Source of the DNA: Anaerolineae bacterium
Lineage (GTDB): Bacteria; Chloroflexota; Anaerolineae; B4-G1; SLSP01
Assembly: GCA_034437215.1 (NCBI GenBank)
Contig: DAOTVC010000039.1
Span: 35,188-99,187, forward strand
Length of the DNA stretch: 64,000 nucleotides
Direction: 5' to 3'
Positions within the stretch are counted from its first letter, which is position 1; each line of letters opens with the position of its first letter. The translations under genes and the position numbers were made by a program. The notes under the pieces were generated by a model that saw nothing but the letters and a program-made list of their open reading frames with translations, was not told the DNA's origin and made no database searches. Of this stretch, positions 17,323-27,891 are shown one piece after another.

Positions 17323-18450
17323 CTACGGGAGATAGATCAGGGGATTGGTCGGGTAGCCGTTGTAGCGAATCTCGAAGTGCAGATGGGGACCCGTGGAGTA
17401 GCCGGTGCTGCCCATCGCACCGATCACCTGCCCCATCTCCACGACTTCACCCTCGTAGACGAAGATATTGCTGAGGTGCGCGTAGTAGGTCTGGAAGCCG
17501 TTGGTGTGATCCACGACAACCAGATAGCCATACCCTACGTCCGTCCAGCCGGCGAAGACCACGTAACCGGCGTCGGCAGCCACGATGGCAACTCCGGTAG
17601 CATTGGCTACGTCGACAGCACGGTGCCCGTACCAGTAGCCCTGACTGAGGTATCCACCGGCCGGCCAAGAGAAGTTAGCCCCACCGACAGCGCCTTCAGG
17701 CGCCGGACCTTCATAGAGGACGACCTCTCGCTTCTCGTAGGGCTTCGTCCCGCCGGGTATGATCACCTTCGTACCCGGCATCAGATCCCCCCCGTCGGTC
17801 AAGGTGTTGAAGGGGCAGTTCCGAATCTCTGCAGCGGAGGCACTGTACTTCTCAGCCAGGCTCCGCACCGTGTCCTCCTCGGTGACGGCGTGGTAGACCC
17901 CATCCAGCGGTAGGATGACCAGCTCCTGCCCCACCTTGAGAAGATCGGGGGCCTTTTCCATCGCCGGGTTCGACCACATGATGGTCGTCGGCTCCAGCCC
18001 AAAGGCTTCCGCGATCGATTGGGTGGTGTCCCCCGGTTGTATGGTGTAGGTGACGATCTCCAGACGGGGGCGTGGGGGAATGTAGGTGTGCGGCTCTGCC
18101 GCGCGGGCAATCCTGCCCAAGGCGCTGGCTCGATAGTAAGGACGCATCGAACCGGCGAGGGGCTGGGTCTGTTTCTCTGTAACGATCAACGGCTCCAGGG
18201 AGAGGGAGTTGACGGCACCCGAGGCCATACCGATGGGCGCGTCCAACTGCAGACCCCAAAAGGCCAGGAAGGCGGCCAAAATCAGGAGCAGGGCGGCGTG
18301 GGAGCCAAACCTACCCAGGTAGGGGCGTTGACCCCGGTGGTCACCGTTCCAGCGCCAGACGAGAGCCGCAAAAGCAGCAATGGCGTGGGTGATTGCTCGC
18401 CCACGCCACTCGAGGTACTCTTTGGGGCTCTTCACATTAGAGCTGCCCAT
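17323..18450 (-). CDS. Membrane-anchored LysM-domain M23 family metallopeptidase
   Basis: N-terminal TM, LysM repeats (YTIQPGDTTQSIAEAFG..; HAVTEEDTVRSLAEKY..), and M23 motifs HRAVD..GYGYLVVVDH..HLHFEIR. Confidence 0.8.
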   Translation of the reverse strand: MGSSNVKSPKEYLEWRGRAITHAIAAFAALVWRWNGDHRGQRPYLGRFGSHAALLLILAAFLAFWGLQLDAPIGMASGAVNSLSLEPLIVTEKQTQPLAGSMRPYYRASALGRIARAAEPHTYIPPRPRLEIVTYTIQPGDTTQSIAEAFGLEPTTIMWSNPAMEKAPDLLKVGQELVILPLDGVYHAVTEEDTVRSLAEKYSASAAEIRNCPFNTLTDGGDLMPGTKVIIPGGTKPYEKREVVLYEGPAPEGAVGGANFSWPAGGYLSQGYWYGHRAVDVANATGVAIVAADAGYVVFAGWTDVGYGYLVVVDHTNGFQTYYAHLSNIFVYEGEVVEMGQVIGAMGSTGYSTGPHLHFEIRYNGYPTNPLIYLP

Positions 18451-19631
18451 TACCAGAAAAGTTGGGGGTTTTGAGGCACACCGCCGTAACGGATCTCAAA
18501 GTGCAGATGCGGGCCCGTGGACCAACCCGTGGTCCCGCAAGCACCCAGCACGGATCCCTGGGGCACGAGGTCGCCGGCGGTGACCCAGATGGAGTCGAAG
18601 TGGGCGTAACGGCTCGTGTAGCCGTTGCCGTGATCGACGATCACGAGATTCCCATACCCTCCGCTCCAACCCGTGAAGGTCACAATCCCGTTATCCGCCG
18701 CGTAGATGGCGTCCCCCAGGCTGCAGCGGTAGTCCAGGCCGATGTGACGCGGGTTGCGCGGGTCGTGGAAGGTCCAGCCGGAGATGGCGTAGGAGCCCGT
18801 GGGGAGCCCCCACCAGCCATCCGCTCCCGTCATGGCTGCGGTGACGCTGCCGCTGAAGCTGCTGCTGCGAGCCATAGGCAGGACAGGATCGGGCGGGGGC
18901 GCTTCCCACTGGATGGTCTCCCCCACACCGCCGGGCACCACGAGCAGCTGGCCCTCACTCAGGGTCTGGCCTCGATCGATCCCGTTCCACATGTTGTAGA
19001 GGGCCACGGGCTCCACCTCGTACTGCTCGGCGATACTGCGCACACTCTCCCCCGCGGCGACGGTGTGATAGGCGCCGTCGATGGGCGGGATCGCCAAGAC
19101 GAGTCCGGGGTTGATGAGCCAGGGCGCGCCCTGGAGAGGCTCCATGTTGGACCAGACGATGGTCTCCGGAGAGAGATCGAACTTCCAGGCGATATCGTAG
19201 ATGGTATCGCCCATCTGCACCGTGTAGGTGATGACCTCGAGACGCACACGATCGGGGATGGTGGTATGGGGTATGACCTGACGCGAAATCGCCCGCTGGG
19301 CAGGGGACTGCCACGAGCGGACGGCGCCGACGGTCATCAACGTAGGCGTAGCCATAGGTTCTGCAGCAACCTGGGAAGAGGGCGCTGAATCCTCCGCCAC
19401 ACTGATCTGCGTCCATGTAATACGGCCCACAAAGACCAGGAGCAGGACCAGAAAGATGATCCCCAGGTGTGCACTGTACCGCCCTAGCAGAGATGCGACG
19501 GCCTGACGATCACTGCTCAACCGCCAGGCCCACGCTATCGTTTTCGCTAGAACACGCCCAAAGGCGCGGGACAGCGCCCGCGGCGAACCTTGGAACGATG
19601 TTGCTTCAAAAGTCTCTTCGTTCGTATTCAT
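18450..19631 (-). CDS. Membrane-anchored LysM-domain M23 family metallopeptidase; tandem paralog of the previous gene
   Basis: Same architecture (TM, two LysM, M23 with HIGLD..GYGNLVIVDH..HLHFEIR). Confidence 0.8.
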   Translation of the reverse strand: MNTNEETFEATSFQGSPRALSRAFGRVLAKTIAWAWRLSSDRQAVASLLGRYSAHLGIIFLVLLLVFVGRITWTQISVAEDSAPSSQVAAEPMATPTLMTVGAVRSWQSPAQRAISRQVIPHTTIPDRVRLEVITYTVQMGDTIYDIAWKFDLSPETIVWSNMEPLQGAPWLINPGLVLAIPPIDGAYHTVAAGESVRSIAEQYEVEPVALYNMWNGIDRGQTLSEGQLLVVPGGVGETIQWEAPPPDPVLPMARSSSFSGSVTAAMTGADGWWGLPTGSYAISGWTFHDPRNPRHIGLDYRCSLGDAIYAADNGIVTFTGWSGGYGNLVIVDHGNGYTSRYAHFDSIWVTAGDLVPQGSVLGACGTTGWSTGPHLHFEIRYGGVPQNPQLFW

Positions 19632-19801
19632 AATGATATTGCACTCGATGAGTACAACATGTCCATTATAGCACGGGAAAAAAGGGAACGCAACTCCGCA
19701 CCTGACGACTTCCTTACAACCAAAGTGTCGAGCCGCACCTCCACAGCAGAAAGCGGCGGGGCCATCAGTGCCCCGCCGCCTACCACCGTCCGCTCTCAGA
19801 G

Positions 19802-21085
19802 CTACCGGCTGAAGATCTCCTGGGCCAGCAGCCCCTCCTCCTCACGCAGACCGTGCACGTGCACTCTGCGCCCCTGCTCCAGATCCTCGAAGCCGAAGTC
19901 CGGCTCCTCGCGGGAGCGGTAGCGGGTCTCATCCGTCACGCGCACCGAGACGATGCCGTAGCGCGTGCCCAGGCGGAAGCCCTCTCCCTCCATGGAGAGG
20001 ATGAGACCGCCGACCTCGACCCGATCACGCCGGGAGGGCACGCGGACCGCCCACGCCCGGAAGGTGCCATCGGCCTCCCACTCACCACTGCACTGGATGC
20101 GATCCCCGGTCTGCAGGGCTTCGAGATCTCCGCCCTCCTCGCCGGGGACGTAGAACTTCGTCGTCGCATCCGTCTGCACCTCGATCACCTGATCGAGACG
20201 GGTCTGTACCCGGATCATCGACCCTTCGATTCCCAGGACCTCGCCGACCAGAGCAGCTGCTCCGGAAGGGATGACCGCCACGTGGAGGGCAAAGGCTGTG
20301 TCTCCTTCCATACGGGCGCGGATTCCCACGACGGCCCCTACTTCGATGTCCGCAAGAGTCGGCTCTGCGACCTCCGGGACCACGAAGTCCGTCTCGTCGG
20401 TCACGGTAAGGGTCAGCTCTTGCCCCTCACGCCGCTCTACGGTCAGACTGTTCGTCCCTCGGGCAGTCACGGTGCCCCGCAGCTTGCCCTGTCTGGGGCG
20501 CGGGACGGTCACCAGTCGCGCCAGGACGCCCTCGTCCACGGCTTGACCGACCACGACGACGGTCGTTCCCACCTCCAGATCCTCGAGGGTGGGTTCTTCG
20601 AGATCGGGCAAGCGGAAGTGAGTGATCTCGTCCACGCTCACCGCCACCGTCCCCTCCTCCGTCAGGAGCGCCAAGCCCTCACTCCCGATACTCTCCACCT
20701 CCCCTCTGAGGCGGGCGGGTTTGGCGGGACGGACGACGAGAACGCGGGCCCGTAGGCCATCCTCTGTGGGCTTCCCCTGGGCCAGCACGAAGTTACCGAC
20801 CTCCACGTCCTCCAAGCCCGGCGACTCGACCTCGGGGATGACGAAACGGGTGGAACCCTCCACATAGATCGTCCGCTCCCCCCGCTCATGGGTAATCTGA
20901 AGGGAGTCAGCCCCGACGGAGACCACAGTCCCGGCAGCGCGTCCTCCACGGTGTACCCTACTACCCTCGCCCTGGGGACGGAGCTCACTTCCAGGCCCGC
21001 CCGGTGCAGCCACGGCAGGCAGCACCACGAGCAGGCTCAACAACAGGACCCCCACAACACCCATCCATCGAACTTTCATCGTCAT
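19802..21085 (-). CDS. Secreted protein made of about five tandem ~70-aa repeats (..G.V.S.....L.V......V...T.F..PE......LED.EVG..V...G..)
   Basis: Signal peptide, then a repeat visible by eye five times. A downstream 9-bp hairpin GCGGCGGGG..CCCCGCCGC at 19751-19780 may terminate it. Confidence 0.5.
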   Translation of the reverse strand: MTMKVRWMGVVGVLLLSLLVVLPAVAAPGGPGSELRPQGEGSRVHRGGRAAGTVVSVGADSLQITHERGERTIYVEGSTRFVIPEVESPGLEDVEVGNFVLAQGKPTEDGLRARVLVVRPAKPARLRGEVESIGSEGLALLTEEGTVAVSVDEITHFRLPDLEEPTLEDLEVGTTVVVVGQAVDEGVLARLVTVPRPRQGKLRGTVTARGTNSLTVERREGQELTLTVTDETDFVVPEVAEPTLADIEVGAVVGIRARMEGDTAFALHVAVIPSGAAALVGEVLGIEGSMIRVQTRLDQVIEVQTDATTKFYVPGEEGGDLEALQTGDRIQCSGEWEADGTFRAWAVRVPSRRDRVEVGGLILSMEGEGFRLGTRYGIVSVRVTDETRYRSREEPDFGFEDLEQGRRVHVHGLREEEGLLAQEIFSR

Positions 21086-21182
21086 ACCTCCTGAATCAGA
21101 TTGCTTACAGCCTCTAGGATACGGAAGGACGTAAGACGCCTATGGGCAAAGTGTAAAAAAGTTGTAAAAAGGGCGCCTGTCC

Positions 21183-21211
21183 TTGACACTCTCCTCGGGC
21201 GTGCGATAATT
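21183..21211 (+). promoter_or_regulatory. Promoter candidate TTGACA-N17-ATAATT upstream of trxA
   Basis: Read from the sequence. Confidence 0.45.
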
Positions 21212-21289
21212 TGACCAGATAGTAATGGTGAAATTCGTTGCGCGAAACGCGCGGCAAAGTCCACTAACTCAGAGGAAAGCGAGGTAGCT

Positions 21290-21613
21290 ATGTCCAAAGC
21301 GAAAGCCGTAGATGAAACCACCTTCGAATCTGAAGTCCTCAACGCCTCCAAGCCGGTGCTTGTTGATTTCTGGGCCTCCTGGTGCCCCCCCTGTCGTGCT
21401 CTGGCCCCTACCCTGGACGAGCTTGCGGAAGAGGTCGGGGACAAGATGCGGATTGTTAAGGTCAACGTTCAGGAAGTGACGGAGGTACCCCAGCGCTTCA
21501 GCGTCATGAACATCCCCACCCTCATCCTGTTCAAGAACGGAGAAGAGACCTTGCGCCTGGTGGGCAATCGCTCGAAGAAAGCGCTCCTCAAGGAGCTGCA
21601 ACCCTACATCTGA
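21290..21613 (+). CDS. trxA: Thioredoxin
   Basis: 107 aa; active site WCPPC (a variant of WCGPC). Confidence 0.85.
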   Translation: MSKAKAVDETTFESEVLNASKPVLVDFWASWCPPCRALAPTLDELAEEVGDKMRIVKVNVQEVTEVPQRFSVMNIPTLILFKNGEETLRLVGNRSKKALLKELQPYI

Positions 21614-21634
21614 TCCCGCCCCTGGCGAAAGAGA

Positions 21635-21668
21635 AAGCCCACTGGCGTTGCCAGTGGGCTTTTCTGTT
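21635..21668. terminator. Bidirectional intrinsic terminator AAGCCCACTGG-CGTTG-CCAGTGGGCTT with an A-run upstream and a T-run downstream
   Basis: Between the convergent trxA (+) and yabN-like (-) genes. Confidence 0.6.
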
Positions 21669-21682
21669 GGTTCGCAAGAGAA

Positions 21683-23137
21683 CTACTCCGCGAGGGCTCC
21701 CTTCGCCGCATCCCAGAGCTGCAGCAGCTCCTCGACCCCCAGCTCCTCGAGGGGGACCCCACCTTGGCGCGCCGCCTCCTCGACGTGTTGAAAGCGCTGT
21801 GCGAAGCGCGCGTTGGCCTCACGCAGGGCGCTCTCCGGCTCCACCCCCAGCCAGCGCGCCCAGTTGGCGACGGCCAGAAGCAGGTCGCCCATCTCGATGA
21901 AACGCTCTTCAGCATCTCTGGCCGCCTCCAGCTCCCGGATCTCCTCCTCGACCTTGGCCTTCACCGCCTCGAGGGTGGGCCAATCGAAGCCCACATGCTT
22001 GGCCCGGCTGACGTAGGCATAGGCCTGCGCAAGCGCCGGAAGTGTGCGCGGCACGCTCGCCAACAACGAGTGCCCCTCGCGCCCCTGGGTCTCGCGCTCC
22101 TGGCGCTTGAGAGTCTCCCAGTTCAACGAGACCTCCTCGGCATCGGCGACCTCGACCTCACCCCAGACGTGGGGATGGCGGTGTTTGATCTTCTCGTCGA
22201 TGGAGCGAATGACCTCCGCCATCTGGAACTCCCCCAGCTCCGTGGCAATCTGGGCGTGCAGGACGATCTGCAGGAGGAGATCGCCCAGCTCCTCGCGCAA
22301 CGCTTCGGGTTCGTCGCGGTCGATGCTCTCCAGGACCTCGTAGGCCTCCTCGAGGAGATTGGTCCGCAGGCTCTCGTGGGTCTGCTCGCGATCCCACGGG
22401 CACCCTTCGGGGGCGCGGAGGCGTGCGATGGTCTCCTGGAACCCCTCGAAACTGCTGACGCTCCCCAGCGGAGGCACGTAGAGGGAGGTCAGGGCCCCCA
22501 ATGGTTGGCGATCCACCGCGAAGAGGGGCAACCACGCGACCCGCTCGGCAGGTGTGCCCCCGGCATCCACAAGAGCGACCTCGTGGTCATCGGGGTACTG
22601 GTTCATCAGCGTGAGTTTGAGCGCCGAAGCCACCCGCCGGTTGTAGATCTGAGCGATAAGAGCCGGGAGATCGGGGTTGAAGGGGGGGTGGTGGAGATCC
22701 GCCACCGCCAACGCGTCGAGCGTCTGGAGCCCATCGAGAGCGTCCAGACGCAGGGCCGTCAACATGGGCTCGATGAAGCTGAGGCCCGCTACGACACGCA
22801 CCGGCACCTCCGCCTGTTCAGCCCCCCGCAGAATGTGCATCGCCGCGGCCTCCCCCACCAGGGGATGACCGGGGACGCCGTAGACGCACCCCTCTTCGCG
22901 CCGCCCCAGAGTCAGCACCTCCGCGGCGATGGCCCGGTAGACCTCCTGAAAGGAGTCGGCCCTCTCGTAGAGCGCATCGAAGGAGTGTATCCGCAGCCCT
23001 GGCGGCAGGTCGGCCACGACAGGGTGGTGGGTGGTACGCAGCCAGAGCTCGGGGGTTTCCGAGAGCACCTGCCACGCCTCGCGTGTCAGCTGTTCGGGAG
23101 CCCCCGGTCCCAGCCCGACGATGGTGATGGATCCCAT
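21683..23137 (-). CDS. YabN-like bifunctional protein: N-terminal tetrapyrrole (SAM-dependent) methylase-like domain fused to a C-terminal MazG nucleoside-triphosphate pyrophosphohydrolase domain
   Basis: N-terminal MGSITIVGLGPGAPEQLT (methylase family). C-terminal MazG EExxE motifs (EEAYEVLESI..ELGDLLLQIV; ..EIRELEAARDAEERFIEMGDLLLAVAN). Confidence 0.75.
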   Translation of the reverse strand: MGSITIVGLGPGAPEQLTREAWQVLSETPELWLRTTHHPVVADLPPGLRIHSFDALYERADSFQEVYRAIAAEVLTLGRREEGCVYGVPGHPLVGEAAAMHILRGAEQAEVPVRVVAGLSFIEPMLTALRLDALDGLQTLDALAVADLHHPPFNPDLPALIAQIYNRRVASALKLTLMNQYPDDHEVALVDAGGTPAERVAWLPLFAVDRQPLGALTSLYVPPLGSVSSFEGFQETIARLRAPEGCPWDREQTHESLRTNLLEEAYEVLESIDRDEPEALREELGDLLLQIVLHAQIATELGEFQMAEVIRSIDEKIKHRHPHVWGEVEVADAEEVSLNWETLKRQERETQGREGHSLLASVPRTLPALAQAYAYVSRAKHVGFDWPTLEAVKAKVEEEIRELEAARDAEERFIEMGDLLLAVANWARWLGVEPESALREANARFAQRFQHVEEAARQGGVPLEELGVEELLQLWDAAKGALAE

Positions 23138-23161
23138 AATCCCTCCGTCAGCTACAACGCA

Positions 23162-23194
23162 CAGGTAGGCGAGCCGTGCTCGCCTACCTGTGTA
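23162..23194 (-). terminator. Perfect 15-bp hairpin CACAGGTAGGCGAGC-CGT-GCTCGCCTACCTGTG downstream of rpsI
   Basis: Seen in the sequence; no strong U-tract. Confidence 0.4.
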
Positions 23195-23215
23195 CTTTCC
23201 AGACCTAGATAAACT

Positions 23216-23614
23216 CTAGCGCTTCGTGTACTGGGTCGCCTTGCGTGCCCGGCGCAGACCTGGCTTTTTCCGCTCCTTCTCCCGCGCGTCACGGGTCAGA
23301 TAACCCGCACGACGCAAGTCGGAGCGCAGATTCTCGTTGTACTCCACCAAGGCGCGCGCCAGACCCATGCGAATGGCCTCCGACTGCCCGGTGATCCCGC
23401 CACCATTGACGAGCACCGTCATGTCGAACTGACCTGCCGTCTGCGTGACATTGAAGGGGCCCACCACAGCGCTTTGATCCTTGGAACGACCAAAGTAGTC
23501 GGTGTGGACCTTCCCGTTCACCAGAACCTGACCACTGCCACCCGGATAGATGCGCACGCGGGCGGTAGCGCGCTTACGACGGCCCAGTCCCTCATAGTAC
23601 TGCTGTTCTGCCAT
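23216..23614 (-). CDS. rpsI: 30S ribosomal protein S9
   Basis: Ends ..RRARKATQYTKR; typical S9 length. Confidence 0.9.
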   Translation of the reverse strand: MAEQQYYEGLGRRKRATARVRIYPGGSGQVLVNGKVHTDYFGRSKDQSAVVGPFNVTQTAGQFDMTVLVNGGGITGQSEAIRMGLARALVEYNENLRSDLRRAGYLTRDAREKERKKPGLRRARKATQYTKR

Positions 23615-23627
23615 CTACTTCCTCTCC

Positions 23628-24044
23628 TTAAAACTCCAACGGCTTCGGCTGTTGGGCCTCGTGCGGATGCTCCGCGCCCTCGTACACCTTCAGCTTCTTG
23701 AACATCTGGCGTCCCAGGGGACCGCGGGGCAGCATGCCCTTGACAGCGTGCTCGATCACCCGTTCGGGGAAGGTCTCCAGCTGCCGACGCAGCGTGACGG
23801 ACTTCAACCCGCTGGGGTAGCCGGAGGCGCGATGATACATCTTCTGATCCAACTTGCGCCCCGTCACCGCCACCTGCTCGGCGTTGATAACGATCACGTA
23901 ATCCCCTACGTCCACATGGGGAGTGTACATCGGCTTATGCTTCCCTCGCAGAATGCGAGCGATCTCCGTTGCCAGACGCCCGAGGGTCTGCCCTGTGGCG
24001 TCAACGACGTACCACTCCCGCGAGACGTCCTCGGCCTTGGCCAT
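23628..24044 (-). CDS. rplM: 50S ribosomal protein L13
   Basis: Conserved start [25 protein letters not shown]; the track ORF is extended upstream to 24122. Confidence 0.85.
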   Translation of the reverse strand: MAKAEDVSREWYVVDATGQTLGRLATEIARILRGKHKPMYTPHVDVGDYVIVINAEQVAVTGRKLDQKMYHRASGYPSGLKSVTLRRQLETFPERVIEHAVKGMLPRGPLGRQMFKKLKVYEGAEHPHEAQQPKPLEF

Positions 24045-24118
24045 ATAACTCTTGCTTTGTCTCACGTTCTTCACTTTGTAATCACTCCTTAAAAATGAGT
24101 GCTTGCTCGCTTGCCCAC

Positions 24119-24862
24119 TCACGACTTCTGCTCGGCATAACTGACGTCCTCAAGCACAAGCCCCTTGGCAGCCACTGCTGGACCCGCCCGTCGCCGATCC
24201 TGCGATTGCAGAATCTCCACAAACTCGGCTACGCTGAGGGCACCCTTCCCCACGCGCAACAGGGTCCCAACGATCATCCGTACCATGCGATAGAGAAAGG
24301 CGTTGGCCTCGATGGTGAAGCGCAGCCAATCCCCGTCCTCACGCCACACCGCGGCAAAGACCTCGCGTACGGTCTTCTCCCCCTGCGGGGGTGAGCCGAA
24401 AGCGGCAAAGTCCTGCACTCCCCCGAGGGAGCGAGCCGCCCTCTGCATCCTCTCCACGTCGAGGGGACCGTAAAGATGCAGGCTGTAGCGCTCCACCAGC
24501 GGGTTACGTACCGGTGCCCGATAAAGGCTATAGGAGTAGCGCCGTCGCCGCGCGTCAAAACGCGGATGGAAGTCCGGGGGCGCCTCCACGAGCTCCGGCA
24601 CAGAGATCTGTTCCGGAAGCAGGGCGTTCATGCCCCGCTGGAGGTCCGCCAGACTGTGACGCCAGACCGGATCGAAAGCGATGACCTGTCCCAGGGCATG
24701 CACGCCGGCATCGGTACGTCCAGCAGCCAGGATACGGGTGGGAGTAGCGGTTAACTTCTCGATGACGCGCTCCAGATCCGCCTGGATGCTGGGCGCGTTT
24801 GTCTGAAACTGAAATCCGCTGTACCCCGTTCCGTCGTACGCGACGACGGCCTTCACCCGCAC
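24119..24862 (-). CDS. truA: tRNA pseudouridine(38-40) synthase TruA
   Basis: [18 protein letters not shown]..; catalytic Asp region RTDAGVHA. Confidence 0.85.
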   Translation of the reverse strand: MRVKAVVAYDGTGYSGFQFQTNAPSIQADLERVIEKLTATPTRILAAGRTDAGVHALGQVIAFDPVWRHSLADLQRGMNALLPEQISVPELVEAPPDFHPRFDARRRRYSYSLYRAPVRNPLVERYSLHLYGPLDVERMQRAARSLGGVQDFAAFGSPPQGEKTVREVFAAVWREDGDWLRFTIEANAFLYRMVRMIVGTLLRVGKGALSVAEFVEILQSQDRRRAGPAVAAKGLVLEDVSYAEQKS

Positions 24863-24877
24863 TACGGCGCTCCGTTA

Positions 24878-25261
24878 CTACTCTACGAGTTCTAAAAGTA
24901 CCATCGGGGCGGCATCACCCTTGCGGCGCCCCAGCTTCAACATCCGGGTGTAACCACCGGGACGCTCCAGGTAGCGCGGTGCGATCTCATCAAAGAGCAC
25001 CTGCACGAGTTCCCGATCCTTTAATTCGGCATCCACGAGACGCCGGGCGTGTACCCCTGCCGAGGGCGTCTCCGCTTCGGCTGCCAGCCCGCGCTTGGCG
25101 CGGGTGATCATCTTCTCCGCGTAGCCCCGGACGGCCTCCGCCTTGGCCCGCGTGGTGCGGATCCGACCGTGGCGAAAGAGAGCTTTCGCCAGGTTGCGGC
25201 GCAGGGCCTTCCGATGGCCCGTGGAACGGCTTAGTTTCTTACCAGCGACGCGATGTCGCAT
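24878..25261 (-). CDS. rplQ: 50S ribosomal protein L17
   Basis: MRHRVAGKKLSRSTGHRKAL.. typical L17. Confidence 0.9.
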   Translation of the reverse strand: MRHRVAGKKLSRSTGHRKALRRNLAKALFRHGRIRTTRAKAEAVRGYAEKMITRAKRGLAAEAETPSAGVHARRLVDAELKDRELVQVLFDEIAPRYLERPGGYTRMLKLGRRKGDAAPMVLLELVE

Positions 25262-25287
25262 CCTTGACCTCCTACAATAACCTGAGG

Positions 25288-26253
25288 CTACGCTTCCTCA
25301 GCCTCTGCATCGTCTTCGGGCCAGAAATCGTGGGCCCGCAGCTGTTCCTCGAGTTCCTCGAGGGACTTCTCACCAAAGTTACGAATGGCAAGCAGGGAAT
25401 CCTCCCCCCGCTTCATCATCTCCAAGACCTCACCCACGTTGGAGATTCCCGTGCGCTTGAGCGCGTTGTAGACCCGCACCCCCAGCCCAAGATCCTCGAT
25501 CGGGGTGGCATAAGCGCGATGCGGAATGTCCTCTTCCTCGGGCTCCGCAACCCCCTCTTCCTCTTCGGGCTCCATCTCCGCACCCGCAACCAAACGCAGG
25601 TGGGTGACGAGAATGCGCGCGGCATCCTTGAGAGCGTCCAAGGGTTGGATGCGCCCGTCGGTCCAGATCTCCATGGATAGACGATCGTAGTTGGTCAGCT
25701 GACCCACCCGCGCCTGCTCGACGCGGAAGGTCACCCGGCGTACGGGATTGAAGATCGCATCCACCGGCAGCATGCCCACAGCCATGCGGCCTCGACCATC
25801 GGCCGGCAGATACCCGCGCCCCTTCTCGACGGTGAACTCAAAGTCCAGCTGCGCCTCGGGATCGTCCACAGTGAAGAGATAGAGATCCGGATTGACAATC
25901 TCTATCTCGGGAGGAGCGATGATATCGCCCGCCGTCACCACGCCCTCACCCTCCACGCGCAGGGTCATGTACTGCGGCCCCTCATCGTTCAGGATCAGAC
26001 GAATCTGCTTCAGTCGCAACATCACCTGGATGACGTCTTCACGCACTCCAGGGATGGCGGTGAACTCGTGGGGAATGTCGACGATGCGCATCCCCGTGAT
26101 CGCGGCTCCCTCCAGGGAGGAGAGCAACGCACGGCGCATGGAATTTCCCAACGTGACTCCATACCCACCCTCCAGCGGTCCGATCACATAGCGACCATAC
26201 TGTTGGGTATTGACATCAACTTCTACCTTAGGTAGAACTGGCGCTGCTAACAC
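25288..26253 (-). CDS. rpoA: DNA-directed RNA polymerase alpha subunit
   Basis: N-terminal domain (..GYGVTLGNSMRRALLSSLEGAAITG) and C-terminal domain. Confidence 0.9.
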   Translation of the reverse strand: MLAAPVLPKVEVDVNTQQYGRYVIGPLEGGYGVTLGNSMRRALLSSLEGAAITGMRIVDIPHEFTAIPGVREDVIQVMLRLKQIRLILNDEGPQYMTLRVEGEGVVTAGDIIAPPEIEIVNPDLYLFTVDDPEAQLDFEFTVEKGRGYLPADGRGRMAVGMLPVDAIFNPVRRVTFRVEQARVGQLTNYDRLSMEIWTDGRIQPLDALKDAARILVTHLRLVAGAEMEPEEEEGVAEPEEEDIPHRAYATPIEDLGLGVRVYNALKRTGISNVGEVLEMMKRGEDSLLAIRNFGEKSLEELEEQLRAHDFWPEDDAEAEEA

Positions 26254-26269
26254 GTCGCCTCCCGTTCAC

Positions 26270-26911
26270 TTAGCGTGAGTAGAACTCAACAATCAACTGC
26301 TCCTGCACCGGCACTTCAATCTCCTGGCGCTCGGGCAACGAGAGCATGCGACCTGCCAAGTGTTCCTCATCGTAGAAATCCAACCAGGACGGTACCGTGC
26401 GCTTACCCAGCAGCTCCTTGCGCTCCTTAAAGTACTTCAGACGTCGACTTTCAGGGCGCACCGCTACGGCATCCCCTGGACGCACGGAGAAAGACGGAAT
26501 GTTAGTCTTGCGACCGTTCACGGTGATGTGTCCATGCTGCACCAGCTGGCGCGCTTGAGAACGCGAATCGGCCAGCCCCAGCCGGTAAACGACATTATCC
26601 AGACGGGACTCCAGCAGCCGTAACAGATTCTCACCGGTCAACCCTGCGAGGCGTTCGGCCTCATGGAAGTAACGGCGGAACTGGCGCTCCAGAATCCCAT
26701 AGATGCGGCGTGCCTTCTGCTTCTCACGCAGCTGAATTGAGTAGTTCGAAGCCCGGCGCCGGCGGAAGGAGGCCTCCCGACCATGCTGCCCCGGCGGGTA
26801 GGAACGCTTCTCGAACGGGCACTTATCCGTGTAGCACTTCTCGCCCTTCAAGAAGAGCTTCATTCCTTCGCGACGGCACAGCTTGCACGCAGGCCCTACA
26901 TATCTTGCCAT
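26270..26911 (-). CDS. rpsD: 30S ribosomal protein S4
   Basis: [16 protein letters not shown].. start with an AGGAGG RBS; the track ORF is extended to 26965. Confidence 0.9.
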   Translation of the reverse strand: MARYVGPACKLCRREGMKLFLKGEKCYTDKCPFEKRSYPPGQHGREASFRRRRASNYSIQLREKQKARRIYGILERQFRRYFHEAERLAGLTGENLLRLLESRLDNVVYRLGLADSRSQARQLVQHGHITVNGRKTNIPSFSVRPGDAVAVRPESRRLKYFKERKELLGKRTVPSWLDFYDEEHLAGRMLSLPERQEIEVPVQEQLIVEFYSR

Positions 26912-26934
26912 GAATTCCTCCTGCTTCTTTAACC

Positions 26935-27342
26935 TTATACCCGGCGCTTCTTGGGCGGGCGGCAACCGTTATGGGGAATGGGGGTCCTGTCCACGATGGA
27001 ACGCACCCGCAGCCCCGTCCCCGCGATGGCGCGGAGCGCTGCTTCCCGACCCGGACCGGCGCCCTTCACGAAGATATCCACTTCCTGAAGGCCGTCGTTG
27101 GACATCGCATCGTCGATCACCCGCTCGGCAGCGAGCCGGGCGGCGAAGGGCGTGCTCTTGCGCGTCCCCTTGAAGCCCATGGTTCCGGCGCTGCCCCAAC
27201 GAATGACGTTGCCCACGGGATCCGTCACCGAGATGATGGTGTTGTTGAATGTAGTATGAATATAGATCTGCCCGCGCGGCACATTGCGCTTCACACGACG
27301 CGGTGCTCTGCTACGCCGAGTACTGCCACGACGTTTAGCCAT
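26935..27342 (-). CDS. rpsK: 30S ribosomal protein S11
   Basis: Typical S11 sequence. Confidence 0.9.
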   Translation of the reverse strand: MAKRRGSTRRSRAPRRVKRNVPRGQIYIHTTFNNTIISVTDPVGNVIRWGSAGTMGFKGTRKSTPFAARLAAERVIDDAMSNDGLQEVDIFVKGAGPGREAALRAIAGTGLRVRSIVDRTPIPHNGCRPPKKRRV

Positions 27343-27368
27343 AAATCCTCCTCAACTCCTGAATGACC

Positions 27369-27758
27369 TTACTTCTTCTTAGAACCGCGCCGGCGACCAC
27401 GTCCCGGCACCGTCCTGCGAGGACCGCGCCGTGTACGGGCGTTAGTGCGGGTGCGCTGACCGCGCACCGGCAGGTTGCGGCGGTGCCGCAGTCCACGATA
27501 GCTGCCAATCTCGATCAGCCGCTTGATGTTCATCTGAACCTCACGGCGGAGATCACCCTCGACCGTCAGTTCCCGGTCGATGATCTCACGCAGGGCGGCG
27601 ACCTCGCTCTCCGACAAGTCGCGAATGCGCTTGTCGGGATCGATCTGCGCCTGCTCCAGAAGCTCGTTGCTCGTCGAGCGCCCAATCCCATAGATGTAGG
27701 TCAGCCCAACCTCAACACGCTTATCGCGAGGTAGATCTACACCTGCAATACGTGCCAT
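27369..27758 (-). CDS. rpsM: 30S ribosomal protein S13
   Basis: [26 protein letters not shown].. Confidence 0.9.
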   Translation of the reverse strand: MARIAGVDLPRDKRVEVGLTYIYGIGRSTSNELLEQAQIDPDKRIRDLSESEVAALREIIDRELTVEGDLRREVQMNIKRLIEIGSYRGLRHRRNLPVRGQRTRTNARTRRGPRRTVPGRGRRRGSKKK

Positions 27759-27777
27759 AGTCTCCCTAACTCCTTAC

Positions 27778-27891
27778 TTAGCCCTGTCGCTGTTTGTGCT
27801 TGGGATTTTCGCAAATCACCCGCACAACCCCGCGCCGCCGAATGATCTTGCACTTCGGACAACGTCGCTTGACAGATGGTGATACCTTCAT
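27778..27891 (-). CDS. rpmJ: 50S ribosomal protein L36, zinc-ribbon (C+) form
   Basis: Not in the ORF track because it is short. Manual reverse-strand translation gives [37 protein letters not shown]. Confidence 0.85.
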   Translation of the reverse strand: MKVSPSVKRRCPKCKIIRRRGVVRVICENPKHKQRQG

